Of a stretch of 64,000 bases of DNA, positions 55,817 through 64,000 are shown piece by piece. The notes below the pieces were generated by a model, which was not told the DNA's origin, made no database searches, and saw only the letters and a program-made list of their open reading frames with translations. Source of the DNA: Synechococcus sp. (GTDB taxonomy: Bacteria; Cyanobacteriota; Cyanobacteriia; PCC-6307; Cyanobiaceae); contig JBJBEO010000001.1 in the NCBI GenBank assembly GCA_047284725.1, positions 920,203 through 984,202 on the forward strand, read 5' to 3'. Every line of letters begins with the position of its first letter. The stretch's first letter is position 1. The position numbers were made by a program, and so were the translations under genes.

Positions 55817-56680
55817 ATGCAGAGCGTTTCCAGCCAGCGCCTGGTCAGTGGTCTGGCTGCTGGTGGATTTGGCTTGGTGGTGGTTGGCCTTGGTGGATGG
55901 TGGTTCACCGCGGCCCTGATGGTGATTGTGCATCTGGGTTTGCTGGAGTTCTTCCGCATGGCTCAATGCACGGGCATCAGGCCTGCCACCAAGACCACTC
56001 TGGTGGCCTGTCAGCTCCTGCTGATTAGCACCCAGTGGGATGTGGCAGGAACCGTTCCCTCCTCGTTGGCTTCAGCTGTTCTGCCCCTGTCCGGTGCCGC
56101 CATCTGCGGATGGTTGCTTCTGCAGCCCAAGACTGGCTCGATCGCGGATATAGCCGCGTCCATTTTCGGGCTGTTTTATCTCGGTTATCTGCCCAGTCAC
56201 TGGTTGCGACTCCGTCAGCTCACCCAGCCCCCCTTGCCTCCAGAGGCTTTCAACTGGCTGAGCACAGGGTTCGTGGTCACGCTGATGGCCTGCCTGATGA
56301 TTGTGGCCAGTGACATCGGCTCGTACTGGATCGGCCGTCGTTTCGGTCGGTTGCCCTTGTCTCCTATCTCCCCTGGGAAGACCGTGGAAGGGGCTGTGGG
56401 AGGACTCGGCGCGGCTGTCACGGTGGGGGTCGTGTTTTCTGTCTGGCTCCAGTGGCCTGTGGCGATCCTTTCCGGTGGCCTGCTGGGTGCCTTGGTGGCC
56501 CTCTTCGCGCTGGTGGGTGATCTCACCGAATCAATGATGAAGAGAGATGCAGGCCTCAAGGATTCCGGGGATGCGTTGCCAGGTCATGGCGGAATCCTGG
56601 ATCGAATCGACAGTTACCTGTTTACTCCAGCTGTGGTGTTTTATGCAGTGACTCTTTTTTTGCCGTTGTTCCCTTCGTGA
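55817..56680 (+). CDS. cdsA: Phosphatidate cytidylyltransferase
   Basis: ISPGKTVEG and GDL.ES.MKR.AG.KDSG..LPGHGGILDRIDS signature. Confidence 0.95.
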   Translation: MQSVSSQRLVSGLAAGGFGLVVVGLGGWWFTAALMVIVHLGLLEFFRMAQCTGIRPATKTTLVACQLLLISTQWDVAGTVPSSLASAVLPLSGAAICGWLLLQPKTGSIADIAASIFGLFYLGYLPSHWLRLRQLTQPPLPPEAFNWLSTGFVVTLMACLMIVASDIGSYWIGRRFGRLPLSPISPGKTVEGAVGGLGAAVTVGVVFSVWLQWPVAILSGGLLGALVALFALVGDLTESMMKRDAGLKDSGDALPGHGGILDRIDSYLFTPAVVFYAVTLFLPLFPS

Positions 56681-56700
56681 GGCACGGATGAGACGCCGTG

Positions 56701-57336
56701 TCAGGGAGTCACCCGGGCATGGCCTCTCAGATGCAGTTGTCCAGCTTTGAGGGCAGCTTCTTCGATGTCGATATTGCTGTCCATTGGCAGCAACAGCTCA
56801 CCATCGGCTCCAACACGGCTGATCCGGATCGTGCCTTGGGCAGCATCCAGACGGTATTCCTTTTTCACGACCTCCCCGGCATTGATCACCGGTGAGGTGA
56901 GCACCAGCATGTCGTTGTCGATTTCTAGTCCACCCAGGGTGTTGAGCCCCATCAACTGTTCGGCCAGCCAGTCGCCAAGCCAGCGCCAGCGTTCTGTCAG
57001 TAGGGCCCGGTTGAGATCCACCCCGCGCATGGTGACGGACCCCCTCAGCTGGAACTCCTCCTTGAATTGAAGGAGTTGGCCGGGTTGTTGGGGCTTGATG
57101 TTGAGATTGAGGGGGCCACTGCTCACATGGGTGTGATGAATGGGGAGTCCCTGAAACGTCACGAGGCGTCCTTCCAGGTCGACTCTGTTGAGCTTGCCTC
57201 TGAGTAATTGAAGTGCAGAGCCGTTCAGCACCAGGTTCAGATCGCCGACTTCATCGCACTGACGCCGAATCCAAAGGCTTAGGCCGTTGGCCAACAACTG
57301 GAGCACAGGGCCTGAGCTCGGGGTTGAGTCACTCAT
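56701..57336 (-). CDS. DUF2993 (LmeA-like) family protein
   Basis: L.LWIRRQC..V..L.L.L.GS..QLL.G; ATGA overlap with the upstream gene. Confidence 0.7.
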   Translation of the reverse strand: MSDSTPSSGPVLQLLANGLSLWIRRQCDEVGDLNLVLNGSALQLLRGKLNRVDLEGRLVTFQGLPIHHTHVSSGPLNLNIKPQQPGQLLQFKEEFQLRGSVTMRGVDLNRALLTERWRWLGDWLAEQLMGLNTLGGLEIDNDMLVLTSPVINAGEVVKKEYRLDAAQGTIRISRVGADGELLLPMDSNIDIEEAALKAGQLHLRGHARVTP

Positions 57337-58208
57337 GCTGTTGCCCCTGCATCCATGCCCTGCCAACGCTCTGCCACCAACTCAGGTTGATCGAGGTGAG
57401 GGAGATGACCACAGTGATCAACCTCTTCAAGACGTGGCCCAAGCAGTTCTACAGCGGCTTTTTTTTGTGGTGCACGCAGGATGCGGTCTTGCTCGCCCCA
57501 AAGGACATGCAAGGGTTGATTGGGAAGGGGGTTGCCGCAACCGGCAAAGCCGCCACTGCGGGCAAAGGTGGCGAGCGACTGAGCCCATCCAGTCACCCTG
57601 AGGTGCGCCGAGGCAATTTCAAGTTCTGCGTCCCCGACGCTGCTTTCGGGATCCGCAAAAGCCTGGCGGCAGAGGCCGCTGCGGACGCCAGGTCGTCCCA
57701 GGAACCACACCCCCAGTCGATCGAGCACGGGTGGGAGCGGCATCGGCTTGCCATCGAGTCCGGCAGGAGAGAGCAGCAGTAAGCGGCTGATCCGCTCAGG
57801 ATGGCGCCTGGCCAGTTCCATGGCGATGGCGCCTCCCATCGACGCTCCGATCAACCCGATGGGTTGATCGCTGGGGAGTTTGTTCAGGAGTGCCGCGAGG
57901 TGGGCGAGCACCGCCTCAGGACCGACAGCAGCACCAGGATGACGGGGGCAGAACCCGAAGCCGTAAAGATCCGGCACCACCACTCGGTGGGTCTGCTGCA
58001 ACAGCGGCACGAGTCGGCGGAACTCAAGATGGCTGCTGTCGAATCCGTGCAGGAGCAGCACCACAGGGCCATCACCGTGTTGAACAACTGGATAGAGATC
58101 GTTTGTAGGGGCATCCAGCTCCCACCACTGCAGGCCTTTGTGTAGTTGGCGAGCCTGGGGGTCAAGAAAACTGGGGCCTAACGATTCGAGCAGGGCCCGG
58201 TGGTTCAA
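57333..58208 (-). CDS. Alpha/beta hydrolase
   Basis: LLHGF, PDLYGFG, GASMGG nucleophile, WGEQD, CGHLPH. Confidence 0.9.
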   Translation of the reverse strand: MNHRALLESLGPSFLDPQARQLHKGLQWWELDAPTNDLYPVVQHGDGPVVLLLHGFDSSHLEFRRLVPLLQQTHRVVVPDLYGFGFCPRHPGAAVGPEAVLAHLAALLNKLPSDQPIGLIGASMGGAIAMELARRHPERISRLLLLSPAGLDGKPMPLPPVLDRLGVWFLGRPGVRSGLCRQAFADPESSVGDAELEIASAHLRVTGWAQSLATFARSGGFAGCGNPLPNQPLHVLWGEQDRILRAPQKKAAVELLGPRLEEVDHCGHLPHLDQPELVAERWQGMDAGATA

Positions 58209-59347
58209 GTCGGAGTCTCCTTGCCCACCACGGCACTGGGCGTATAACCGCTTTGTGTGCTGATCAGGGCTTCAAGCAGGTCAGTGGCCTCGACATTAAA
58301 GGGAAGATGGTGCAGATCCGAGCCAGGGCGGCAGGCAAATTCACAGGCACTCTGCAGATCATGCAGACCCGCCTGACCCAATCCAAGATCCTGCAACGAC
58401 ACCGGCAGACCGAGTTCCTGAAGCAGAGGCAGCAGTTGGCGGCGCGCTTGAGCGGCTAACTGACTGCCTCCGAGGCGTTCCTCCAAGCGCAGTTGGACCA
58501 GGATTCCAAACCCAACCTTTTCTCCATGAAGCACGTCGTGACAGGCGTTTAACTGGGTGAGGCCGTTGTGAACGGCATGGGCAGCAACAGTTCGGCATTG
58601 AGCACCGCCGAGGCCACCGATCACACCTGCAGTGAGGCCGCAGGCTTCAGCCACCCGTATCCAGGCTGCACTGGCGGGATCCTGCAATGCTTCGCTTGCA
58701 TCCAACAGCAGTTGGTCGCGGAGGACCCTTGCCATTTGCACTGCTTGTTGAATCAACCCATCCGTGCTGGCGCCGCTACTCACGGATGCCTCGTACCATT
58801 TGGCGAGAGCGTCGGCGATGCCGCTGGCGAGCGTGCGAGCCGGTGCCTGGCGTAGAAAACCGTGGTCGAAGATCAAGAGATCTGGACACCGCTTCAGTGC
58901 CACGTCCTCAATGAAGGCGCCGTTCGGGGAATAGAGGTTCGAGAGTGCTGTCCAGCCCGCGCAGGTGGCTGCACTGAGTGGAACGGTGATGCAGACAATC
59001 CCGAGACGGTCGGCGAGCAGTTTGCCTGCATCCATGACTTTCCCACCACCGGCTGCAATCAATCCATCGCAGCCAGTAATTTTGATCTGTTGCTCTAACC
59101 GTTGAAGATCCTTCTCGCAACAGTCGTGGTTGAGGCAGACAGGAAGACTTTCAATTCCTTGCCCTTGCAGCTCAACACTCAGCTGCTGACGCAGCCCAGC
59201 GGTGGCTTCACTTCGACCCAAGAGCGCAGGGCTGCGACACAGAGCTGAAATGAGAGGCAGAGCGTCACTCCAGGCATGCTCCCCCCGGATTAACCGGGAG
59301 GGCGCCATAGTGTGGTGCACAGTGGACGCCAGAGACTGCGTGGTCAT
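58205..59347 (-). CDS. gldA: Glycerol dehydrogenase-like iron-containing alcohol dehydrogenase
   Basis: GGGK.MD.GK, SGIADALAKWYE, AHAVHNGLT, HGEKV. Confidence 0.85.
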   Translation of the reverse strand: MTTQSLASTVHHTMAPSRLIRGEHAWSDALPLISALCRSPALLGRSEATAGLRQQLSVELQGQGIESLPVCLNHDCCEKDLQRLEQQIKITGCDGLIAAGGGKVMDAGKLLADRLGIVCITVPLSAATCAGWTALSNLYSPNGAFIEDVALKRCPDLLIFDHGFLRQAPARTLASGIADALAKWYEASVSSGASTDGLIQQAVQMARVLRDQLLLDASEALQDPASAAWIRVAEACGLTAGVIGGLGGAQCRTVAAHAVHNGLTQLNACHDVLHGEKVGFGILVQLRLEERLGGSQLAAQARRQLLPLLQELGLPVSLQDLGLGQAGLHDLQSACEFACRPGSDLHHLPFNVEATDLLEALISTQSGYTPSAVVGKETPT

Positions 59348-59358
59348 GACGCCTGGCT

Positions 59359-61920
59359 TCAGAGACCAGCACTGGCCAGTTCAGGAGTGACCGTTGCCTG
59401 CGAAGGAGTGCCATGACGGACCACGACTTTCTTGTTGGCATCCACATCCACTATCACGCTGTCGCCATCTTTGATGCGACCCGACAACACCTCTTCGGCC
59501 AGACTGTCTTCCAGCAGTCGCATAACAGCGCGGCGCAGAGGCCGGGCGCCGTAAGCAGGGTTGAACCCTTCCTCCACGAGGCGTTCTTTAAACGCTTCTG
59601 AAACAGACAGGTTGATCCCCTTTTCGCCGATCCGGGCAAAGACTTCCCGCAGCATGATCTCGGCGATCTGCTTTACTTCCTCGCGATTGAGTTGACGGAA
59701 AACAATGATTTCGTCGAGACGGTTGAGGAACTCAGGACGGAAGTACTGTTTGAGCTCTTCATTCACCAGAGAACGAATGCGGTTGTATTGATTCTCTTCG
59801 GCATTTTCGCCCGAGAATTCAAAACCAAGGCCACCGCCCCCTTTCTCAATCACCTTGGATCCGATGTTCGAGGTCATGATCACTAGAGTGTTCTTGAAAT
59901 CGACTGTGCGGCCCTTTGAATCGGTCAGACGCCCATCTTCAAGAAGCTGAAGCAGAAGATTGAACACATCAGGGTGTGCTTTTTCGATTTCGTCAAACAG
60001 CACCACGGTGTAGGGGCGACGTCGCACGGCTTCGGTGAGCTGACCTCCTTCGTTGAAGCCCACATAACCCGGAGGAGAACCGATCAATTTGCTGACGGTG
60101 TGCCGCTCCATGAATTCCGACATGTCGAGGCGGATCATGGCTTCTTCGCTGCCGAAGAAATAGGTCGCAAGGGCTTTGGTGAGCTCGGTTTTACCGACTC
60201 CAGTGGGGCCGGAGAAGATGAAGCTGGCGATTGGACGATTGGGGTTTTTCAGCCCCACACGCGCCCGACGGATGGCCTTCGATACAGCCTTGACAGCTTC
60301 GTCTTGACCGATCAAGCGCTTGTGGAGAGTTTCCTCCATGTTCAGGAGCTTCACTGACTCACTTTCGGTAAGTTTCTGCACAGGAACCCCAGTCCAGGAC
60401 GCAACGATCTGGGCGATATCTTCTTCGTCCACCACCGGTGTTGTGAGACCTGAATCATTCTCTACGGTTTCAGCGGCAGGGGGGGCTGCGGTGATCACGG
60501 ATTCAGTGCCGCTGGAGTCTGTGGTCTCCCGATTCGATTGCAGCAAGGTACGAATCTGCTCGCGCAACTCGACCTCTTTGTCACGGAGTTCACCAGCTCG
60601 AGTGAAATCTTGTTCGCGTACGGCGTCTTCTTTCTCTTTCTGAATCTTACGAAGTTCCTTGTCCACCTCCTTGGCGGCGGGAGGAAGCTTGGAATTGAGC
60701 AATCTCACACGACTTCCAGCTTCATCAATCAGATCGATGGCCTTATCGGGAAGGAAACGATCGGAGATGTAGCGGTCGCCCAGGGTCGCTGCAGCATCAA
60801 GGGCCTCATCCGTGATCTTGAGGCGATGGTGCTGTTCGTAGCGCTCCCGCAGACCTCGCAGGATTTCAATGGTGTCGGCAATCGACGGCTCACCCACATT
60901 CACAGGCTGGAATCGACGCTCCAGGGCTGCATCCCGTTCGATGTGCTTGCGGTATTCATCAAGGGTGGTGGCACCGATGCATTGCAGCTCCCCTCGTGCC
61001 AGAGCCGGTTTGAGGATATTGGCAGCATCGATCGCGCCTTCGGCAGCGCCAGCGCCAATCAGGGTGTGCACCTCGTCAATCACAAGGATCACATTGCCTG
61101 CAGCCTTGATCTCCTCCATGATCTTTTTGAGCCGCTCCTCGAATTCACCCCGATATTTCGTGCCGGCCACGAGGAGGCCGATATCAAGGGTGAGAACTCT
61201 TTTCTCTTCAAGGATGTCGGGTATGTCACCTTGCTGAATGCGTTGAGCGAGACCTTCGGCGATGGCGGTTTTGCCGACACCGGGCTCCCCGATTAACACC
61301 GGATTGTTCTTGGTGCGGCGACCGAGGATCTGGATCACCCGATCAATTTCACTTTGACGGCCAACCACGGGATCCAATTTGCCTTCGCCTGCCAGCTGAG
61401 TGAGATTGCTGCCGAATTCATCGAGGGTGGGAGTTTTTGTGGATCCCTTCGCGCCGCTGCTGCCGCCTCCAGCACCCACCTCAGCGGTTTCTCCCAGCAT
61501 GCGAATCACCTGGGTTCTCACTTTGGCCAGGTCAACACCGAGGTTCTCGAGGACACGGGCTGCAACGCCTTCACCTTCGCGGATCAACCCCAGGAGCAGA
61601 TGCTCCGTACCGATGTAGTTATGACCGAGTTGGCGCGCTTCTTCGAGGGACAACTCAAGGACGCGCTTGGCTCTTGGTGTGAATGGAATCTCGACAGCAA
61701 CGAAGCCTGAACCGCGGCCAATGATTTTCTCCACTTCAACGCGAGCGTCCTTGAGGTTCACCCCCATCGACTTGAGCACCTTGGCGGCGACACCAGTGCC
61801 TTCGCCGATCAGACCCAGCAGGATCTGTTCAGTGCCCACGAAATTGTGGCCAAGGCGCCTGGCCTCCTCTTGGGCCAGCATGATCACCTTGATGGCCTTC
61901 TCGGTAAACCGCTCGAACAT
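59359..61920 (-). CDS. clpC: ATP-dependent Clp protease ATP-binding subunit ClpC
   Basis: [10 protein letters not shown] start, two AAA+ modules ([16 protein letters not shown]), UVR-type coiled coil. Confidence 0.97.
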   Translation of the reverse strand: MFERFTEKAIKVIMLAQEEARRLGHNFVGTEQILLGLIGEGTGVAAKVLKSMGVNLKDARVEVEKIIGRGSGFVAVEIPFTPRAKRVLELSLEEARQLGHNYIGTEHLLLGLIREGEGVAARVLENLGVDLAKVRTQVIRMLGETAEVGAGGGSSGAKGSTKTPTLDEFGSNLTQLAGEGKLDPVVGRQSEIDRVIQILGRRTKNNPVLIGEPGVGKTAIAEGLAQRIQQGDIPDILEEKRVLTLDIGLLVAGTKYRGEFEERLKKIMEEIKAAGNVILVIDEVHTLIGAGAAEGAIDAANILKPALARGELQCIGATTLDEYRKHIERDAALERRFQPVNVGEPSIADTIEILRGLRERYEQHHRLKITDEALDAAATLGDRYISDRFLPDKAIDLIDEAGSRVRLLNSKLPPAAKEVDKELRKIQKEKEDAVREQDFTRAGELRDKEVELREQIRTLLQSNRETTDSSGTESVITAAPPAAETVENDSGLTTPVVDEEDIAQIVASWTGVPVQKLTESESVKLLNMEETLHKRLIGQDEAVKAVSKAIRRARVGLKNPNRPIASFIFSGPTGVGKTELTKALATYFFGSEEAMIRLDMSEFMERHTVSKLIGSPPGYVGFNEGGQLTEAVRRRPYTVVLFDEIEKAHPDVFNLLLQLLEDGRLTDSKGRTVDFKNTLVIMTSNIGSKVIEKGGGGLGFEFSGENAEENQYNRIRSLVNEELKQYFRPEFLNRLDEIIVFRQLNREEVKQIAEIMLREVFARIGEKGINLSVSEAFKERLVEEGFNPAYGARPLRRAVMRLLEDSLAEEVLSGRIKDGDSVIVDVDANKKVVVRHGTPSQATVTPELASAGL

Positions 61921-62121
61921 TGTTCAGGCCGAAAGCAGATAGGAACTAATTTATCAGGGCCGGAGCGAGAGTGTGGCAAATGGCTTCGTTTCGCCACATC
62001 CATTGCCCAGAGCGGGATTGCCACGCATCAAATTAATAGCCAAATCGCGGTAATCACCACCAATTTGTATTGGTTATGACGGTTATCCGAACCTTTCTTC
62101 AACAGCCTGATCGGGCGTGGT

Positions 62122-62592
62122 TCACTCGCCAAGTTCGCACCACTGAATCAGAGCATCCCGGCCGTCGCTGTAGTAAGCGCGACGACGGCCAGCGTTCTTG
62201 AATCCACAACGTCGATACAAGGCGATTCCTGCTTGATTGCACGAGGCCACTTCCAGAGTGGCGCGAAGGGCGCCATGGGCATAAGCCTGTTCAAGCAGGG
62301 CGCGAAGCACCCGCTTGCCCAGCCCCTGGCGTTGGTGCTGAGACGCGACGGCCACAAGACTGATCTGCAGTTCATCCACCACCATCCAGCCGCAGGCGAC
62401 TGCCAGAAGGTGTTCGCCTGCCGGGATGCCAAGGCACAGGCGGTTCGCCTCCAGCAGTTCGCTCCTCCACTGCTCTGGTGTCCACAATCCTTGAAGGACA
62501 TCCTTGTCTAGCTTCAGGCAGGCCTGGAGGTGGCTGATCTGGAGTCGAACGGGTTCGGGGACGGGAGGTGAGTGGCCTGAATGAGGTTGCAT
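62122..62592 (-). CDS. rimI: GNAT acetyltransferase, RimI-like
   Basis: RQGLG, TLEV...N..GI.LY...GF...GRR..YY.DG.DA. Confidence 0.8.
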   Translation of the reverse strand: MQPHSGHSPPVPEPVRLQISHLQACLKLDKDVLQGLWTPEQWRSELLEANRLCLGIPAGEHLLAVACGWMVVDELQISLVAVASQHQRQGLGKRVLRALLEQAYAHGALRATLEVASCNQAGIALYRRCGFKNAGRRRAYYSDGRDALIQWCELGE

Positions 62593-62662
62593 CGGGCTTC
62601 TGAAAGGAAAGCACCGCTTCTTAGATTGCCCTCAACGTGTGTGCAGAACCCTCTTCATTTCC

Positions 62663-64000
62663 ATGCCTCAACCCTTTGAACCTTCTCGTGATCCGCTCAG
62701 CCCCAATCGCAATCTGGCGCCGCTGACCACGGAGTTGGACGATCAGGGTTGTCTGCAGGTGGGTGGTTGTCGCCTCAGCGATCTCGCTGAGCGCTTCGGA
62801 ACACCTCTTTATGTGCTGGATGAGGCAGGGATTCGAGCGGCTTGTCGTGCTTATCGCAGTGCGCTCGAGCGTCACTATTCAGGCCCCTCACTGGCTGTTT
62901 ATGCCTCGAAGGCCAACAGTTCCTTGGCCATGACGGCTCTGGCAGCCTCGGAAGGTCTTGGCCTGGATGCCGTCTCCGCTGGCGAACTGCTGACGGCCCT
63001 TGAGGGGGGAATGCCTGCTGAGCGGATGGTGCTCCATGGCAACAACAAGTCAGACGAGGAACTGACGCTCGCCTATCGCAACGGCGTCACGATCGTTGCT
63101 GACAACCAACACGATCTCGACCGACTCGCGGTCTTGGTGCCTTCAGGTGCAGCTCCAGCGCGGCTGATGCTCCGCTTCACACCTGGCATCGAATGCCACA
63201 CCCATGAGTACATCCGCACAGGACATCTGGACAGCAAGTTCGGCTTTGATCCCGACCAACTTGAGCCGGTGTTGCGGCGGCTGATCAATGTCCAGTGGGC
63301 GAGGGTCACCGGTTTGCATGCCCACATCGGATCCCAGATCTTTGAGCTCACCCCCCACCGGGATCTGGCGGCCGTGATGGCTGATGCCCTCAAACTGGCG
63401 CGGGAGCTTGGCCATCCGGTTGCTGACCTGAATGTGGGTGGTGGCCTCGGTATTCGCTACGTCGAATCCGATGACCCGCCGTCGATCGATGTCTGGGTTC
63501 AGGTCGTGGCTGAAGCGGTCACGGCTGCATGCCAGGAGCGGGGTCTTGATCTGCCTCGCTTGCTCTGTGAGCCAGGTCGTTCGCTGGTGGCCAGCTCTGG
63601 AGTCACCATCTATTCCCTCGGGTCCAGAAAGGAGGTGCCGGGGGTGCGTACCTATCTCTCCGTCGACGGAGGTATGAGCGATAACCCGCGTCCCATCACC
63701 TATCAATCCCTTTACACCGCCTGCTTGGCGGATCGCCCGACGGCTGAGGCCACCGAATCGATCACCCTCGCCGGCAAACACTGTGAATCCGGTGACGTTC
63801 TGCTCAAAGACCTGACCCTGCCGCCCAGCGTCAGTGGTGATGTGCTGGTGGTGTTTTCCACGGGTGCTTACAACGCGTCGATGAGCTCCAACTACAACCG
63901 CATCCCTCGCCCCGCAGCTGTGCTTGTGCATGACGGAGCTGCTGATGTGATCCAACGGCGGGAAACCTCGGAGGATCTGTTGCGTTACGACAACCTGCCC
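62663..64000 (+). CDS. lysA: Diaminopimelate decarboxylase (3' end outside window)
   Basis: Manual translation from ATG 62663: FGTPLYVLDE, YASKA, SKFG, HAHIGSQI, NVGGGLG, EPGRS, CESGD, GAY...MSSNYN. Absent from the track because the stop is outside the window. Confidence 0.95.
   Translation, partial: MPQPFEPSRDPLSPNRNLAPLTTELDDQGCLQVGGCRLSDLAERFGTPLYVLDEAGIRAACRAYRSALERHYSGPSLAVYASKANSSLAMTALAASEGLGLDAVSAGELLTALEGGMPAERMVLHGNNKSDEELTLAYRNGVTIVADNQHDLDRLAVLVPSGAAPARLMLRFTPGIECHTHEYIRTGHLDSKFGFDPDQLEPVLRRLINVQWARVTGLHAHIGSQIFELTPHRDLAAVMADALKLARELGHPVADLNVGGGLGIRYVESDDPPSIDVWVQVVAEAVTAACQERGLDLPRLLCEPGRSLVASSGVTIYSLGSRKEVPGVRTYLSVDGGMSDNPRPITYQSLYTACLADRPTAEATESITLAGKHCESGDVLLKDLTLPPSVSGDVLVVFSTGAYNASMSSNYNRIPRPAAVLVHDGAADVIQRRETSEDLLRYDNLP

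Noticed and set aside
63143..63955. 270-aa minus-strand ORF
   Set aside because: Antisense to lysA, which is the real gene on the plus strand.

Overview
Chromosomal window from a marine picocyanobacterium, most likely Synechococcus, judged from gene content (opcA-zwf-petH, sasA, cyanobacterial AbrB-like regulator, phoBR, clpC). Bases ~26.2-64 kb are ordinary core genome with one tRNA-Glu. Bases 1-~26.2 kb are an accessory island. It holds one giant minus-strand reading frame (ATG at 24551, running off the left edge, at least 8183 codons) for a Ser/Ala/Gly/Thr/Val/Asp-rich repetitive surface protein of the filamentous adhesin type, paired divergently with a SapC-family gene. The ORF track misses most of it because no stop closes it inside the window. 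The gene contains a near-perfect in-frame 4230-bp tandem duplication (12847-21905), made of two 3631-bp units framed by three copies of a 599-bp block. The only difference I found between copies is a CAG->TAG nonsense change at 21407 in the 5'-most block, truncating the protein at 1048 aa. Intact copies lie 4230 and 8460 bp downstream, so the stop is in principle reversible by recombination, suggesting a coupled length and ON/OFF switch. The protein also carries small aromatic-rich modules nested inside one another. Sequence comparisons were made by eye and family assignments from motif recognition; no searches were run.
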